Translations under genes and position numbers: made by a program
Source of the DNA: Eledone cirrhosa
Taxonomy: Eukaryota
Assembly: GCA_964016885.1 (NCBI GenBank)
Contig: OZ024740.1
Span: 346,766,001-346,830,000 of the forward strand
Direction of reading: 5' to 3'
DNA length: 64,000 bases
Shown: piece after piece, positions 1 to 13,049 of the stretch
How positions within the stretch are numbered: the first letter of the stretch is position 1
Layout: the number at the start of each line of letters is the position of its first letter
The notes under the pieces: generated by a model
Told to the model about the DNA's origin: nothing
Database searches by the model: none
What the model saw: only the letters and a program-made list of their open reading frames with translations

Positions 1-490
1 GATAGTGCCGTGTGATAAATATAGAGATGGGAGAGTTTGGTGGTTATGGATATAGAGCGGAAGATAATGAGAGTTTGCCCTGTGGTAGATATAGGGGGGA
101 GAGACGGCTAATAGTAAATTTGGTGTTGGGAACGATAGGAGTATGACATATATAGAGAGGGAGATAGTTTAGTGATAATGAATATAGAGAGGGGTTTTGG
201 GAGAAGTAATGTCATAATAGATATAGAGACGGGAGGCATTATTGGTGTTAGATATTAAGAGGGAGATAACTAGAGAGTACCGTGAGGTTTATAAAGTTTG
301 AAGGTAGTAAATATAAAGAGGGGTGTTGGGAGAGAGTGTTATACGGTAGATATAGAGAGGGGGATAGTTTAGTTGTTATGGATATAGAGAGGGGTGTAGT
401 TTAGTGGTTATGGATATAGAGAGGAGGATTAGAAGAGAGTGCCGTGTGGTAGATATAGAGAAGAAAAGAATTTGATATGTATTAGATATA
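1..490. repeat. Degenerate purine-rich satellite/low-complexity array (GATATAGAGAG...GTTTAGTGGT motifs), left part
   Basis: GATATAGAGA and GAGAGTTT(A/G)GTGGT motifs recur every ~25-40 bp; the same pattern resumes at 6200-7540. Confidence 0.8.
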
Positions 491-731
491 TATTTCTATT
501 TATTTGCCACCAGGGCATCAAAGATTGGGACAAATACAAAGGGGGGAGTTTACATACATTTAAAAAGACGTGTAAAAAACATATAACAAATTTAATTTAA
601 CAATCGATGTCCTCAATAGGGAGGGGCGTTGACATGGGTCGCACACACCCCCGAAAAAATGTGCAACCCTCCTCTTCAGGAGCACAAAGAGCGGGTGATT
701 TCTTCCTCTTCTCATTCTTCTCCTCTCTCAC

Positions 732-3700
732 CTACAGGCTGATATAGAGAGAAGGCCCATTCACTCGGGCCATTCCCGCTACTTTAACCCATCTTTCATA
801 AAACTTGCTGGGGTAGAGCACCTCTCTCTCCATTCTGATCCTTCTTCTAAAGGGGTACTTGAAAAAAAAGACCAGTTGTTGGCCGGAGAGAAAGGTGTCT
901 GACCTCAGCCCTTTCAACCTTGTCCACCATACAACTTCTTTCGCCATGGCTATCACACATAGGAAAACCGCCTCTCCTTCGTTTTTGAAAGGGGGAGGCG
1001 GTTTGATCGTGACAATGTTCTCGGTGGTCAACCGGATTGGTCCCACCCGCGACAGTAGTCGTTCTACATAGCCCCACAGGTCAGCAACTCCCGGGCAGTG
1101 TACGAATGCGTGTGCGACGGTTTCCTCGTCACGCACGCATCTTGGACAGATCTTCTTCGAGGAGTCCTACCCGGGCGCCCGTGTCTGTAGAGCTTGTCCC
1201 GAACGGGTAGAGCTCCTCGGTAACATTGCCAAGCCAGGGACTTTTGGAAGTTGTCCATCGGTCCCGGGCCAAACGTCCTACCGAAGAGACTGGCCAGCTC
1301 GTCTTCCTCCATGCCCAGAGCCTCTCCGAGAGCGTCGTCGCACTTACTGCGCACCAACCCTCTATAGGATGTTGAGGTTGAGTCTACAGTGATTGCCGGA
1401 TCCGCCTGCCAGAGGGCCGTGAGCGCCTGGGCACATTCAATGTGCCAGTCGCCCACTTTTCTCGGTCTTTGCTTGACCCAGGATTGCAGCTCGGTGAGTG
1501 AGACGAGTCTCGGAAAGGCTCGCCTCACAAACAGGGCCCACACCGACTGACCGGTGAGGAATACCTGGAGGTACCGTAGCCTTGATGCGTGTCTACGCAT
1601 CGTCAGCCACGGCATCCCTAGCCCTCCGTTCGAAGGGTGTTGACAGCAGATGGATCTTCTCACCAAAGGAGCCCGCTTCTTCCAAAGAAATCGGAAGAGC
1701 GCGCGCTCCATTTTGGCGAGTGTTTTCTCTGGGCAAGGCACGACGGTCAAGCGGTAGTAGATGACGGACGCTATATAAGCGTTCGCCACCTCCGCTCGAT
1801 CTTTCAGGGATAGTTTGCACTCGGCCCACTTCTGGGCGAGTGCAAACACCTTGCCCGTTACCTCGTCCCAGTTTTTCTCCACCTGGAGGTCTGGTTCGAA
1901 CCAGACCCCGAGCAACTTCACCGGTCCCTCCTTCCAGCGTCCGACGATGCCGTCGGAGGGCATCGTTTTGCCCCTCCACGTCCCGAGTTGCAAACCGACG
2001 GACTTGTCCCGGTTCAGCTTGGCTCCTGTGAACCTTTCATATTCCTCCAGTAAGGTGCCGATCTGCCCGATTTCCGAGGGGCACGACACCATTACTGTCA
2101 CGTCATCGGCGTAGGCCGACACCGCTTTCCGCAATCCCGGTTTCAAGGGGATGCCCTGCAACAGCTCCAGCTTCCGCAGTAGTGGCTCGAGAGCCAGCAC
2201 ATACAGAAGGGAGGAGAGAGGGCATCCCTGTCGAATGGATCGCGTGATTTGGAAAGGCTCCGAGAGGTAGCCGTTCACCTTGACCCTCGAGCAGGTGTTG
2301 CTGCTGTGCATTGCAGCAATCCAGCCCATGAAAACGGGTCCGAAGCCTGCCGCCGCTAGCACCGCATCCAGGTATGGATGGTCAACCCTATCGAACGCTT
2401 TAGATTGATCCAAGTTGATCAGGGCCCCACCAAAACCGGGTTCGTTCCCTACCCTATCTATGATGTATCGCATGAGGTGGAGGTTGTCGTGTATGGACCT
2501 GGGCGGGATTGCGCATGTCTGTGCTTCTCCCACCAGGTTCCCGACGACAAGCGCCAACCTCTTCGCTAACACCTTGGCCAAAATCTTTAACTCTGTGTTT
2601 AGCAGAGTTATGGGCCTGAAGTTATCTATGTCATCCCCCTTGTTCTCGTCCTTCCTCACCAGCGTGACTACGCCCTTGGTCACAGAACTGGGAATTCTCC
2701 CGTTCTGTTGCCAGTTGCAGTAGACCGCCTCGAAGAGACCGGAGAACAAGCCCGGCATCGCTACATAAAGTTCGTATGGTAGACCATCGAGACCCGGAGA
2801 TTTGCGTTTGCCGCATTGGCTCAGCGCTTCCCCTATTTCAGCGGCTGAAATCGGCCTCTCGCAGGACTTCGCCTCCCCGTCCGAGAACCGCGCCAGACCG
2901 TCGAGGTATGGACCGAAATCCATTGTCCCATCCGGCCCGCCGCCCCTCCCGAACAGTCGTGCAAAGCGCCGTTGAAAGGCCGCGCTCATCCGTTCAGGTT
3001 CAAGGATCACGCGTCCATCCTGGTCCTTCAAAGACCGAATCGTGGACTTGTTTCCACTTTTTGCCTCTGTCACTCGGGCCCAGCTAACAGCTTTGGCTCC
3101 CTCGTTACCCAGAGCACGTATTTTACTCCTGACAACGCAGCCCTCGTGCTTCGCATCAAAGAACTGGTCTAGGGCCGTTCTTGACGCCAGCACGCCGGCC
3201 ACGTTGCCACTCCTAATCGCCTCTTCTACTCTATTTGTTAATTCCCTTTCAGTTCTATTCCTATCTGATGCTAATTCCCGACTAAAACCTATCGATTCTA
3301 TTCTAATTTCTCTCTTGAGAGAGCCCCACCACCTGTTGTTGACAATTGCCCCCGTCAAACGCTGCTTAACTAGTGTGCTAATCCGCTTACTGTAAGCTTT
3401 GTTTGTCGGTAAAGACAAGTTTAGCTTCCAGTAACCGGGTCCCTGTCTATGAGTTCTATCAAGGTTGACCACTTCGGTCACAAACTTGTGATCCGAATAG
3501 TCAACCATGAACATTCGTGGACAGCTTAATATGTCCCTATCCTTATTTCTAACTAGGAACCTATCTAGGTACGACCTAGATGTTCCGCTGCCTTTACTCC
3601 ACGTCCACCGTGGCACAGTCGGAAAATCTAGTCGATATCTATCGGCCAGATCAAATCGGCCGATTAATCGTTTGAGGCTGTTACATCCCCCTCTATCGGG

Positions 3701-4167
3701 ACATGCCCCTACATAGTCCCAACGTGCATCCAGGATACCATTCCAGTCCCCCACTAAAAGCAAGGAGCGAGATGTTCCCAGGAAATTCTCCAGGCGTCGG
3801 AAGAAGTCCGGTCGCGGTGTCCCAGATGGGGCATACGCTACCACCAGCCTGAAAGCTCCAGCTTCACCACTGCCGACGTCTAAAACCACCAGTCGACCCA
3901 CCGGGTCCAGGTGTACCTTCTGTGTGGCAAGACCCAGGTATTTTCGCAGCAGAACGACAACCCCACCCCCACCTCTCGGCTGCAGAGAGATGCGTAGATC
4001 TCAAAGTCGTCGAAGATGGGGGCCAGTTGGCGCTCGCTGCTGATCCTGGACTCGCAAATAACCATTACATCCACTCTGTGCGACCTGAGGTCATTTAAGA
4101 GTTTGCCCTGTTTCCAGGACATCTCCAAGCCGCGTGCATTCACACATCCAACTCTTATATTGGCCAT
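732..4167 (-). pseudogene. Tx1 ORF2 (APE endonuclease + reverse transcriptase + C-terminal zinc finger), two frameshifts
   Basis: NARGL, ICESR, AYAP, GDWN, YLDRF, SDHK (APE); KSPGLDGLP, FRPITLLN, DQSKAFDRV, RQGCPLS, AYADD (RT); ETVAHAFVHC; split over ORFs 3880-4167, 1064-3901 and 732-1136. Confidence 0.93.
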
Positions 4168-4209
4168 GTTTGTGCTGAAGAGGTAAAAAGGAAGAGGAAA
4201 GGAAATTAC

Positions 4210-6005
4210 TTACCTCTTCGTCTCCTGGGGACCAGGCTGCACAATTTCCATGGGGGTGTTGGAAGGGTTGTTTGGTGGGGTGGTGGTTTGTGGTGGGGTA
4301 AGGACATCAGTGTGTGGTGGGATTAGGGTGTTTGGTGGGGTGTGGGTGTCTGGTGTGGGGGTGGGGAAACATCTCAATAGGACGCTGTTATGTGGTTTGG
4401 TGCAGTTGGTCCCCACATGCATTGGATGGTTCTTTTTCAAAGTTACATAGGTTTCCGTTGGGACCCTAATCATCATTAGGTGCGGTTTGTTCGCTGCGTA
4501 GGTGAAAGTGATCCCTTCGGTTTCTACCGAAGGGTTATTTTCTATCGCTTTCATCAACGTTTTATTGTTCTTGTTAATGTATGTATAGAGTTTTTGTTAT
4601 GTTGTGTTTGTTTTTGTTTGTTGTTCTTGTGCGTGTTTGCGTTTTGTAGTACGTGTTATGTTTTGGGGAGGGGTGGTTTTTTTTATTTGTGATGTTTGTT
4701 CTGTTTGTGCTGGTGGTTGTGTGTTTGTGGCATTTTTGTTAATGTGGTGCCTTTTTTTTTTCCTTTTCACCTGTTGAAAGGGTTCTCCCTCGTCGTCACT
4801 GGGTGACGTTGATACGGAGTCCTCTTCCGTGTTGTTGGAGAGGGGTATATTTTGGGGTTTTGTTGTGGTTGCTTTTGTATTTGTTTTAGGTGGGGAGGGG
4901 CTAGGTGGAACAGTGTTTTGTGTTGTTATTTTTCCGTGTTGTTGTGGTTGTTGTTGTTGTTGTTGTGGTGGTGGTGGTGGTGGTGGTTGTGTTGTGTTCG
5001 GGGTTGGCAGAAGAGCCTTTTTTTTTTACTCGTTAATTGAGGACAGGCAGCCCTCAGGTGACCCCTGCTTAAGCCATGACGGCCGCCTTCCCTCCACTGA
5101 AATGTTTATATAAGTTAGCCCGTCCAGAGGGTCGCGTTGTGGGATATTCGCTATTCGTTCTGGGCTTATTTGCACCAGAACTTCTACGGTGGTCCCACCA
5201 AATACACATCCGGAGGACTTTCCTATTGAAATTATCTTGTCTTCGTCAAAGTTAATTATTCCACATAGTATCCACCAAATATTTATATTTGGTGTGATAC
5301 TCATTATTTTTATTCTTTGTGTCCTTTTTCCCCTGTATGTGGGGAAAAAGGTGAAGCGGGGGGGACACAATGGGTGCTACCGAGTACTTTTGAGTTGTTG
5401 ACTGGTTGTTTATTAGCACCGAAATGCTACCAAACAGTTTACCTTTTTGTATGGAGGTTAAGTCCTTCATTGCATCTTTTAGAACCAGCTCAATTCCATT
5501 TTTGCGATAATTGAGCTGTTTTCTTGTTTCGTTCGATATTGTCCTGAAAACCACAGTTTTCAGGACAGCCTCTCCACGTAATTCCTGTGGAGAATTGATT
5601 CTAAAAGTACCGTTTTCGCCAAAAGTCACGAATTGTTTTGCGTCTTGTAATAGTTGTTTAGCATTTGTTATGTCTATTGGCGTGTATAGTTCGTTTTTTT
5701 TTTACAGTCTGTGCAAATGTTGTTTTGGTGTTGTCTTTTTTGTTACTGTCACTGTTGGTAATATTGTTCATGTTTTTCTTGGTGTTGCTATTGTTGCAGT
5801 TGTTGGTTGTGGCGTTATTGTCATTGTTCTTGTTGTTGGTGCAGGTATTATTTACCGGGTTTAGTTTCGTGGTTTCGATATTCTTCACGTGTTTCGATGA
5901 TGCGAGGGGCGAAGGCTGCAAGCTTTGTACTCCTACCTTCCCTCCACCACTTTTCTTAGCGGGCGTGGCACTCACGACAGTGTGCGAGGTGGAAATGGCA
6001 TCCAT
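4210..6005 (-). pseudogene. Tx1 ORF1, frameshifted
   Basis: ORF pieces 5658-6179, 5252-5629, 5026-5370 and 4210-4557 are collinear with ORF1 pieces of the copy at 43019-44746 (GENGTF/GENGSF, FFPTYRGKRT/FYPTYTGRRT, VEGRRPS/VESRRPS, TTTPPNNPS..MEIVQP). Confidence 0.8.
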
Positions 6006-6199
6006 TGCCACCAAGTCTACAGTTTTTAGATGAAAATTGAAAATTTCGCCCCAGAAAGGGGCGAAAATTAGTTGGCTCAACGTATGACGGCCCAAGCAAG
6101 GGGTTAAACTAAACAATGTTATTAAATTGAGCAATAAACTCACAGTTTTTTTACAACAATCCGTAAAAATCCGGAGCAAAGTAAATCACGTCTATATCA

Positions 6200-7540
6200 A
6201 GTGGTAATTGATATAGAGAGTGAGAGAGATTATTGGCGTGATATAAAGAGGAAGATAATAAACGAGTATCTTGTGTCTGATATAGAGAGGTGTAGAGTTT
6301 GAAGGTAGTAGATATAACGAGGAGTGGTGGGAGAGAGTGTTGATATAGAGGAGGGGGAGAGTTTGGTGGTTATTGATATAGGGAGTGAGATAATGAGAGT
6401 GTCCTGTGGTAGATATATAGAGGGGGAGAGTTTGATGGTAGTAGATATAGTATTAGGTGATGAGAGAGAGAGAGTGTGTGTGCTGTATGGGAGATATAGA
6501 GAGAGGGAGATATTAGTGGCCAAGGATATAGAGAGTAAGATAATGAGAGAATGACATGTTGTAGATGAGAGAATGACATGTTGTAGAAGGGGAGAGTTTG
6601 GTGGTAGTAGATATCGAGAGTGGAGTTGGAAGAGTTAGGTGTATGGTAGTTATCGAGAGGGGGAGAGTTTAGTGGTTATCGATATAGATAGGCGGATTAG
6701 AATTGAGTGCCGTGTGTTAGATATAGAGAGGGAAAGAGTTTGATATGTATTATATATAGAGGTGTGTCGGGAGAGAGTGTTGTACGGTAGATATAGTGAG
6801 AGGGAGAGTTTAGTGGTTATGGATATAGAAAAGGTGTTGGGAGAGAGTGTTATATGTTAAATATAGAAAGGGAGAGAGTTTGGTAGTAGTAGATATAGAG
6901 AGGTGTGTTGGGAGAGATATGTGTAGATGCATAGATTGACGGTCGTGGTTGTGGTAGTACATATAGAGAGGTGTCCTGGAAGACATAGTGTCGTAATAGC
7001 TACAGAGTGGAAGATAATGAGAGTGCCATGTGGTGGATAATGAGAGGGGGGGGGGTTTACGTGTAATGAATAGAGTGAGGGTATGAGAAGGGAGTATCGT
7101 CTGGTATATATATAGGGAGGGGAGAGATTGGTGGTAGAAGATATAGAAAGTGGTGTTGGAATAGTTAGTTGTATGGTCGATACAGAGGTGGTGGAGAGTT
7201 TAGGGGTTATAGATATACAAAGGAAGATCATGAGGGAGTGACATCTGGTAGATAGGGAGGGGGGGGGGAGATTGGAGGTAGTAGATATAGAAAGGTGTGT
7301 TGAGAGAGATAGGTGTATGGTAGGTGTACAGAGGGGCAGGGTTTAGCGGTGTTAGATGTAGAGACGATGATAATGACAGAATGCCGTGTGGTAGCTTTAT
7401 ATAGGGAAAATAGAGTTTGGTGGTAATAAAATAGAGAGGGTGGTTGGGAGAATTAGGTGTAGATAAATAGAGAGAAGGGGAGAGATTGGTGTTAATGGAG
7501 AGAGCGATAGGGATTGGGAGAGAGTTTTGTATATTGTAGA
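6200..7540. repeat. Degenerate purine-rich satellite/low-complexity array, right part
   Basis: Same GATATAGAGAG/GAGAGTTTGGTGGTA motifs as 1-490. Confidence 0.8.
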
Positions 7541-8085
7541 CTAGCTAACGTACCCAGCTTCGTCCGAGTAAACAGATGATAAGGGAAGACAAGTAGAAGA
7601 GAATATGACTGTATTGTATGACTGTCTCGTTTACAGTATGAGGCGACGCGGTGGTGTGTGTGTGACAAGAAAAATTAACAATAACAAATTTTCCAAATAC
7701 ACCAGATTCTTTGTTTTACCGTTCGTGCAGAGTATATGAAGATTTCTAGGTGTTTCCACTCGTGAACAAACTATATATATATATGTCCATAGGAAAATGC
7801 GATTCTCTTGTATTTAATCCTATAACTTTGAATCTCTGAGCCTAGCTTTATTTATAGTCATAGCAGGCTATATTGAGAATTGGAAAGGCCGCTCGGTAGA
7901 GGAAGGGTTTAGCGGAATTTTGAGAGTAAATGGACTTTCTCCTTCATGATTGCCTCCAAGAATAGTGAACTCTATGAAATGGTTCATCTTCCGCCTGACT
8001 GTAAAGCGCGTCATTGCATAGACGCCGTTTGTCCGCCTTCCTCAAAAGGATGCAGGAGGCTCCAATCGTTTATATTATACGTAGA
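7541..8085 (-). mobile_element. Non-autonomous Helitron carrying a PIF1-type helicase C-terminal remnant
   Basis: Minus strand starts A|TC and ends CTAG|T with a GC-rich subterminal segment; by-eye translation gives IEFTILGG..GE..LKIP..PFQF, AMTINKA, SYGH, VCSRV..P.NL and GKTR, matching the end of Helitron RepHel. Confidence 0.85.
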
Positions 8086-8669
8086 TATAGAAAAGTATAT
8101 ATGGATAATTATATATATATAATATTTGTAAATCAAACTTTAGCTGCAGTTCAGCAAGTAGAATTCGATTCGTTTTGAGGCAATCACACAGCACTCAATC
8201 GATCGAAAGTTGAAAACAAACTAACACCGTAGTTTTAAAATATGACACCGAGAAAATCGACCGAAAGCACAAACGATGCATACAACAATATGCACATATT
8301 GATATATATAAATCTATGTGTGCGCGCGGCGCGCAGGTATGTGCGTACGTGTGTGTATATGCATGCATGTGTGTGTGTGTGTGTGTGTGTTAAAACCAGC
8401 GTTCGAATCGGAGACGCTGGCCACGAAATAGGATTATCACCAACAACTAGCTCGTAGAGAGAATTTCTTATGGTTGATTCCGAGCCTGCTAGAAATAGCA
8501 GTCCGGTTGATTAGTATACCCGAGATGTTTTTCTTCTTTGATGTTATAATATTAGCATCAATGTTTACTGTTATGTATGATGGTGTATGTGTATAATTGT
8601 TTATGTATACATGCAAATTGAGATTTAAGCATGTATGTATGTGAAGTGAAGGCTTATTGGTTAGGATAT

Positions 8670-8890
8670 TAGTCTCACGGTCTTAAATTAGTGAAATTGA
8701 TTCCCGCTGGTGCGTTTTGTCCTTCTGCAAGACAATATATTTCACATTGTTCCAGTTCACTGAGCTGAAGAAAATGAGCTGTACATGTAATTCGAACGGT
8801 AGGCCTTATCAAATTCTGTGTCACGCTGAATCTCATTGCGAAGTACGTTAAGGGTACGTGAGGCCTAGGAATTATCAGCCACGAGTAGGT
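8670..8890 (+). mobile_element. Degenerate SINE-like fragment
   Basis: TTCACATTGTTCCAGTTCACTGAGCTG..AAATGAG resembles a SINE central domain; a weakly similar inverted stretch lies near 34180-34360. Confidence 0.4.
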
Positions 8891-10754
8891 TAATTTCACG
8901 AGCAGTGTTCTGTTGATTGTATCAACTGGAATATTTGTCATTGTAAACGACGGAATGCCAGTTTTTCTTAATGCATATATGCATGTATGTATGTATGTTT
9001 GTATTTATGCATGTATGCATACATGTATGTATAAATGTATGTATGTATGTATGAATGTATGTATGTATGTAAATATATATGATAATATGTCTCTATACAC
9101 GCACGTTTATTTATAATGAAGCTGAATTTCTAAGTATCGTATCGTCCCGTTCAGGTAAATGAATATTTAACATATCAGTAATATGTAAATAATCAGTTTT
9201 CAGTGCATTTAATATTTGTTTCTCTTTTTGTTTCATATCTACCAAGATATATCGTGCGCTTGGTAACACTCGTGTATTTCATGGTTTAATTATTTTATCT
9301 CATTCTTCAATTTAATTTACAGATACATATTTTATTTTAATAAAAAGATTCCTTTTTCTTTTCTTTAGTACACTATTCGATAACAACGTTTGAAACACAA
9401 CTATTTACTCTTTACAAAATTCCAGTGATTCGAGCGCTACTTTGTATATTTGAATGTGAGCTTCCGATTTCCGGGTTAGATATGGTTATCCATAAATACA
9501 ATAAGCCTCAGCTTATATGAAAATGTATGTGTATCAATATTATTCCGTTAGTTTTATTTATGCACAGTGAGTGTGTGTATGACGAGTATTAATACACAGA
9601 CTTACGCACACACCGTGTCCACGTGTAAATATATTTATGTCGGAGTTTGAATTTGAAACAAATAGGACTCGAATAATCTGCGGATAGTGAATAATTCGAG
9701 AGAAAGAACAAAACATAGCGACGACAGGCGATGATCCTGTGTGGTCCTGCATTTTCTATCTTGTCACTTCCATCGGTACTGACTGAATCATAGCGCCTCC
9801 GACTGTGTAATTATGTAATTTGTATTCAAGCAATTGGTAATAGAGGCGCTGAGCTGTAAGTCCCTAGGGTAACAATTGCCATCAGTGTGATCAGCGAACC
9901 ATCACACGAACTTCAAACTCTGTGTCACTTGTACGATACATATAGACATACTGACGCGAATATATACACAAATGTGCATCCTCCTTATATAGACACATAA
10001 ATGCATACATATATATAATAAATACATATATATATGTATGTGTATGTATATGTGTGTGTGTATGTGTATTTGTGTGTATTTATACATACATATATATATA
10101 TATATGAACTCATAAATATGTACATCTCTGTGTAAGTTGGTTGTCTATCTATATAATCATACTGTCTATATACTTATGTATGTAAAAAGTCATCCTTCCA
10201 TCTTTCTTTGTATCTGTGTATATGACAATCAAATCGCTTTACCAAGTTTGCTTTCTTACACTATTTTAATGTATGCAATTTCACTCCATATTAAATGTCC
10301 AACTATCAGTGGGCTACATAAAGACAAATATTCATATACACATACATACATACATACATACATACATACATAACTACATGCATAAATACAGGCATACGTG
10401 TACGTGTGTGTGTGTGTGTGCATGTGCGTTTTTATGTCGCTGTATGGTCTTGGTAAATATGCATCTATATATTCGAACATGAATATACATATATGCGTGT
10501 GTGTGACTATACAAGGTCAGTCGATAAGTATCCGGCTTTATTTTATTATTATTTGTTTTTGTATGAACTAATGACCGCAAAGAAACAACATTTTCATGAA
10601 TGCAGCCTCATACATGCATACGCATTCGTGGTGTTGTCGAACCAGTTAGATGCGTTAGTCACTGTTAGAGTGTGAGTTAATATACTACATCCTCGTCGCA
10701 TTATCCCCCCGCCCGATACTGCGAACCAGTATCCTCTTCTCGTGGACAATTTTT

Positions 10755-11250
10755 TAAACTGGAAATGAGGCGTAGGTGTACGGTTACGATCCAGAGGACA
10801 AGACCCAATGATCATAGTGGAATCAGCCATCGTCGCCAAAGTCGTAAAGCCATGTCGAATCCAAAGTAACTGAAAAATATTCCGACTGTTTTCTTCGATT
10901 ATCTAGAGAATGTGCATTACTAATACGCACCAAAGGACAAACACGTATAAATGTGTATTATCAGGATATCATATGACGTCTTCATAATACAGTTGCATTA
11001 AAGAAACTGAATCTATGGACATCGCTAAATTGGCAGTTGCAGCATGACAACACCTCGGTTCATTCGTCGTAGCTGTTCGAAAGTTTCTTGGTAAAGAAAT
11101 GCATTTCGTCCCTTCACCAGTTTCATTACTGATCAGACGGGGTTTGTTCATACATCTGAGCGTTCCCAAACATAATGGTGCCTCTGAAATGCTCCCGTTT
11201 AGAGAGTCGAGATGATAACATGGTGATGCGTAGAGTAAATCTAGGAAATA
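10755..11250 (+). pseudogene. Mariner-family transposase relic
   Basis: By-eye translation with stops/frameshifts: TGNEA*VYGYDPEDKTQ*S*W, FFDY..VHY, WQLQHDNTSVHSS, AFP..VPLK, matching mariner TGDETW.Y.YDPETK.QS..W, VFFD..G.VH and W.LHHDNA..H motifs. Confidence 0.8.
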
Positions 11251-11539
11251 AATTTGTCGACGAGATTCAAACAATCGAATGAGCGTAAGGCTTAATATGT
11301 GGAAGCAGAGTAGAATTATATCGAATGGCGTTAGAGATCGAAAACGAGTGTTAGCAATATTTTTCACAACGGAGAGCAATATTTCAACTTCTCTCTCAAA
11401 ACCATGGCTCTCTATCATACTAATTACCCTCCCAATCACATTACATACACACAGTGCGTACACCACACCAATACTAAACACACATATAGCCACAATATAC
11501 ATACAAACACAGCCATAAATACACATAATCTTACATTTT

Positions 11540-12100
11540 ATCCTCGGAGTTTACTCTTGGGTCTCCAACCGTTTGACTTTGCCCATAAAATCTGTCCAGC
11601 GCTTCATTTCTGTGACATTCTAACCGCATGTCTGTAGTATCAGAGATGTGATCCCTTAATTCGGAGATATTGCAGCACTTACTGGAGCGAATCTCTGATC
11701 TCCGAGCTACGTGCACTATAAAGTTAAGTTACTCCAACGATCCTTCAGACGAACCCCATTTCGGCCGCTTGTATTCCCGATCGCATTCTTTAGGTCATTA
11801 CCAAACGTGCATGACCATAGATAAACGTTGGCGTGAATACCGAATTAAGGATAGGGAGTTTGGCATTTACTCTGACCTCCCTTCTTCTGATAACATAATG
11901 ATGAAGCTGGCCCATTACGGCAACGGCCCTGGAATTCTTGCACTTAATTCAGCCTCCTACATTCCCTGCCTTTTAACATGTAGAGTAGATTGTGCAGACT
12001 TTCTTCAGAGGACGCGTGTCACAGTCTTCGCAGCACTGATTTTCTTTCATGCCGTCCAGCACTCGAAAGCAATCTCATCGAGTGCATGCCTTAGTTCAGC
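11540..12100 (-). mobile_element. RTE-clade LINE 3' relic
   Basis: Minus translation IQAAEMGFV*RIVGVT*LYSARSSEIRDSLQ matches the RTE/Expander-type post-RT motif. Confidence 0.7.
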
Positions 12101-12556
12101 AACTACTACTACTTTCTAAAATACATGTCTATTGAAAACTATCAATAACAATCATCTACATCGTACCAACATTAAATATGAACAGGAAAAACGTATATAT
12201 ATACTACACAAAAATACAGACACGGCCAAACGAATTACCTACATACACACAAACAGTGCTTTGACTTACACATTCCGTCAATCATTTCGGTACACATACA
12301 GTATTTAATTAACGATCAACACACATGCAAAATGCAGACGATAAACACACTGTAGTTAAAAATAATATAACGCACCCATACACAAACAGTCTCCCACATT
12401 ATGATTCTACAACCAGATGGACGCATCCACGCACGCAAACATACAGATAGATGCACACACGCGCTGCATATGTATATGAATGTTCTCACAAAGACGCGCA
12501 AATCAACTCGGTTCTAGTTTCACATATACATTCACATGCACAGAGACACCCACTCA

Positions 12557-12632
12557 GGAGGAGGAGGAGGAGGATGAGGAGAAGAAGAAGAAGAAGAAGA
12601 AGAAGAAGAAGAAGAAGAAGAAGAAGAAGAAG

Positions 12633-12662
<30 letters not shown>
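12557..12662 (+). repeat. (GAG)n(GAA)n microsatellite
   Basis: Seen directly. Confidence 0.97.
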
Positions 12663-12663
<1 letters not shown>

Positions 12664-13049
12664 GGTAGTAATAATAGGGGTAAGTAAAGGAGGAAGGAAA
12701 ATACGAAAGAGGAGAAGGAGAAGCTGAGGGAGAAGACAGGGAGGTGTAGTAGTAATATTATTAGTAGTAGAAGTAGTAATACAAGCTGTCCGTGTGACTG
12801 ATCTTAATGTTAGAGTGAACAGAAAATTGACCTGAAGTAGTGATTTTTTCTAAATATATCTATTTTTCTTAGTATTTCTGTAGGAAATACTGTCGTTCTA
12901 ATTTTCTCCATTTGTGTTATTGTTGGGTGTTTTGTCTGTGATGGATGCATCTAAACGAGGTTCATGTTTTTTTTAAAGTATGATTCTTTGCTAATATTTA
13001 ATATTTTTTATAAAATCTGATTCTTTGCTCTAATAAAGTAATGTTTAAC

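Larger units (their letters stand above)
494..6200 (-). mobile_element. Near full-length Tx1-clade (L1 group) non-LTR retrotransposon, family A copy 1
   Basis: ORF1 remnants followed by APE-RT-zinc finger ORF2; 3' UTR ends TGATGCCCTGGTGGCAAATAAA, as in the copy ending near 48366. Confidence 0.92.

Noticed and set aside
480-500. Target-site duplication for Tx1 copy 1 (GATATA at both ends)
   Set aside because: The motif is ubiquitous in the flanking satellite, so it is not diagnostic
10969-11526. 185 aa minus-strand ORF as a possible host exon
   Set aside because: It is antisense to the mariner relic on the plus strand and has no recognisable motifs
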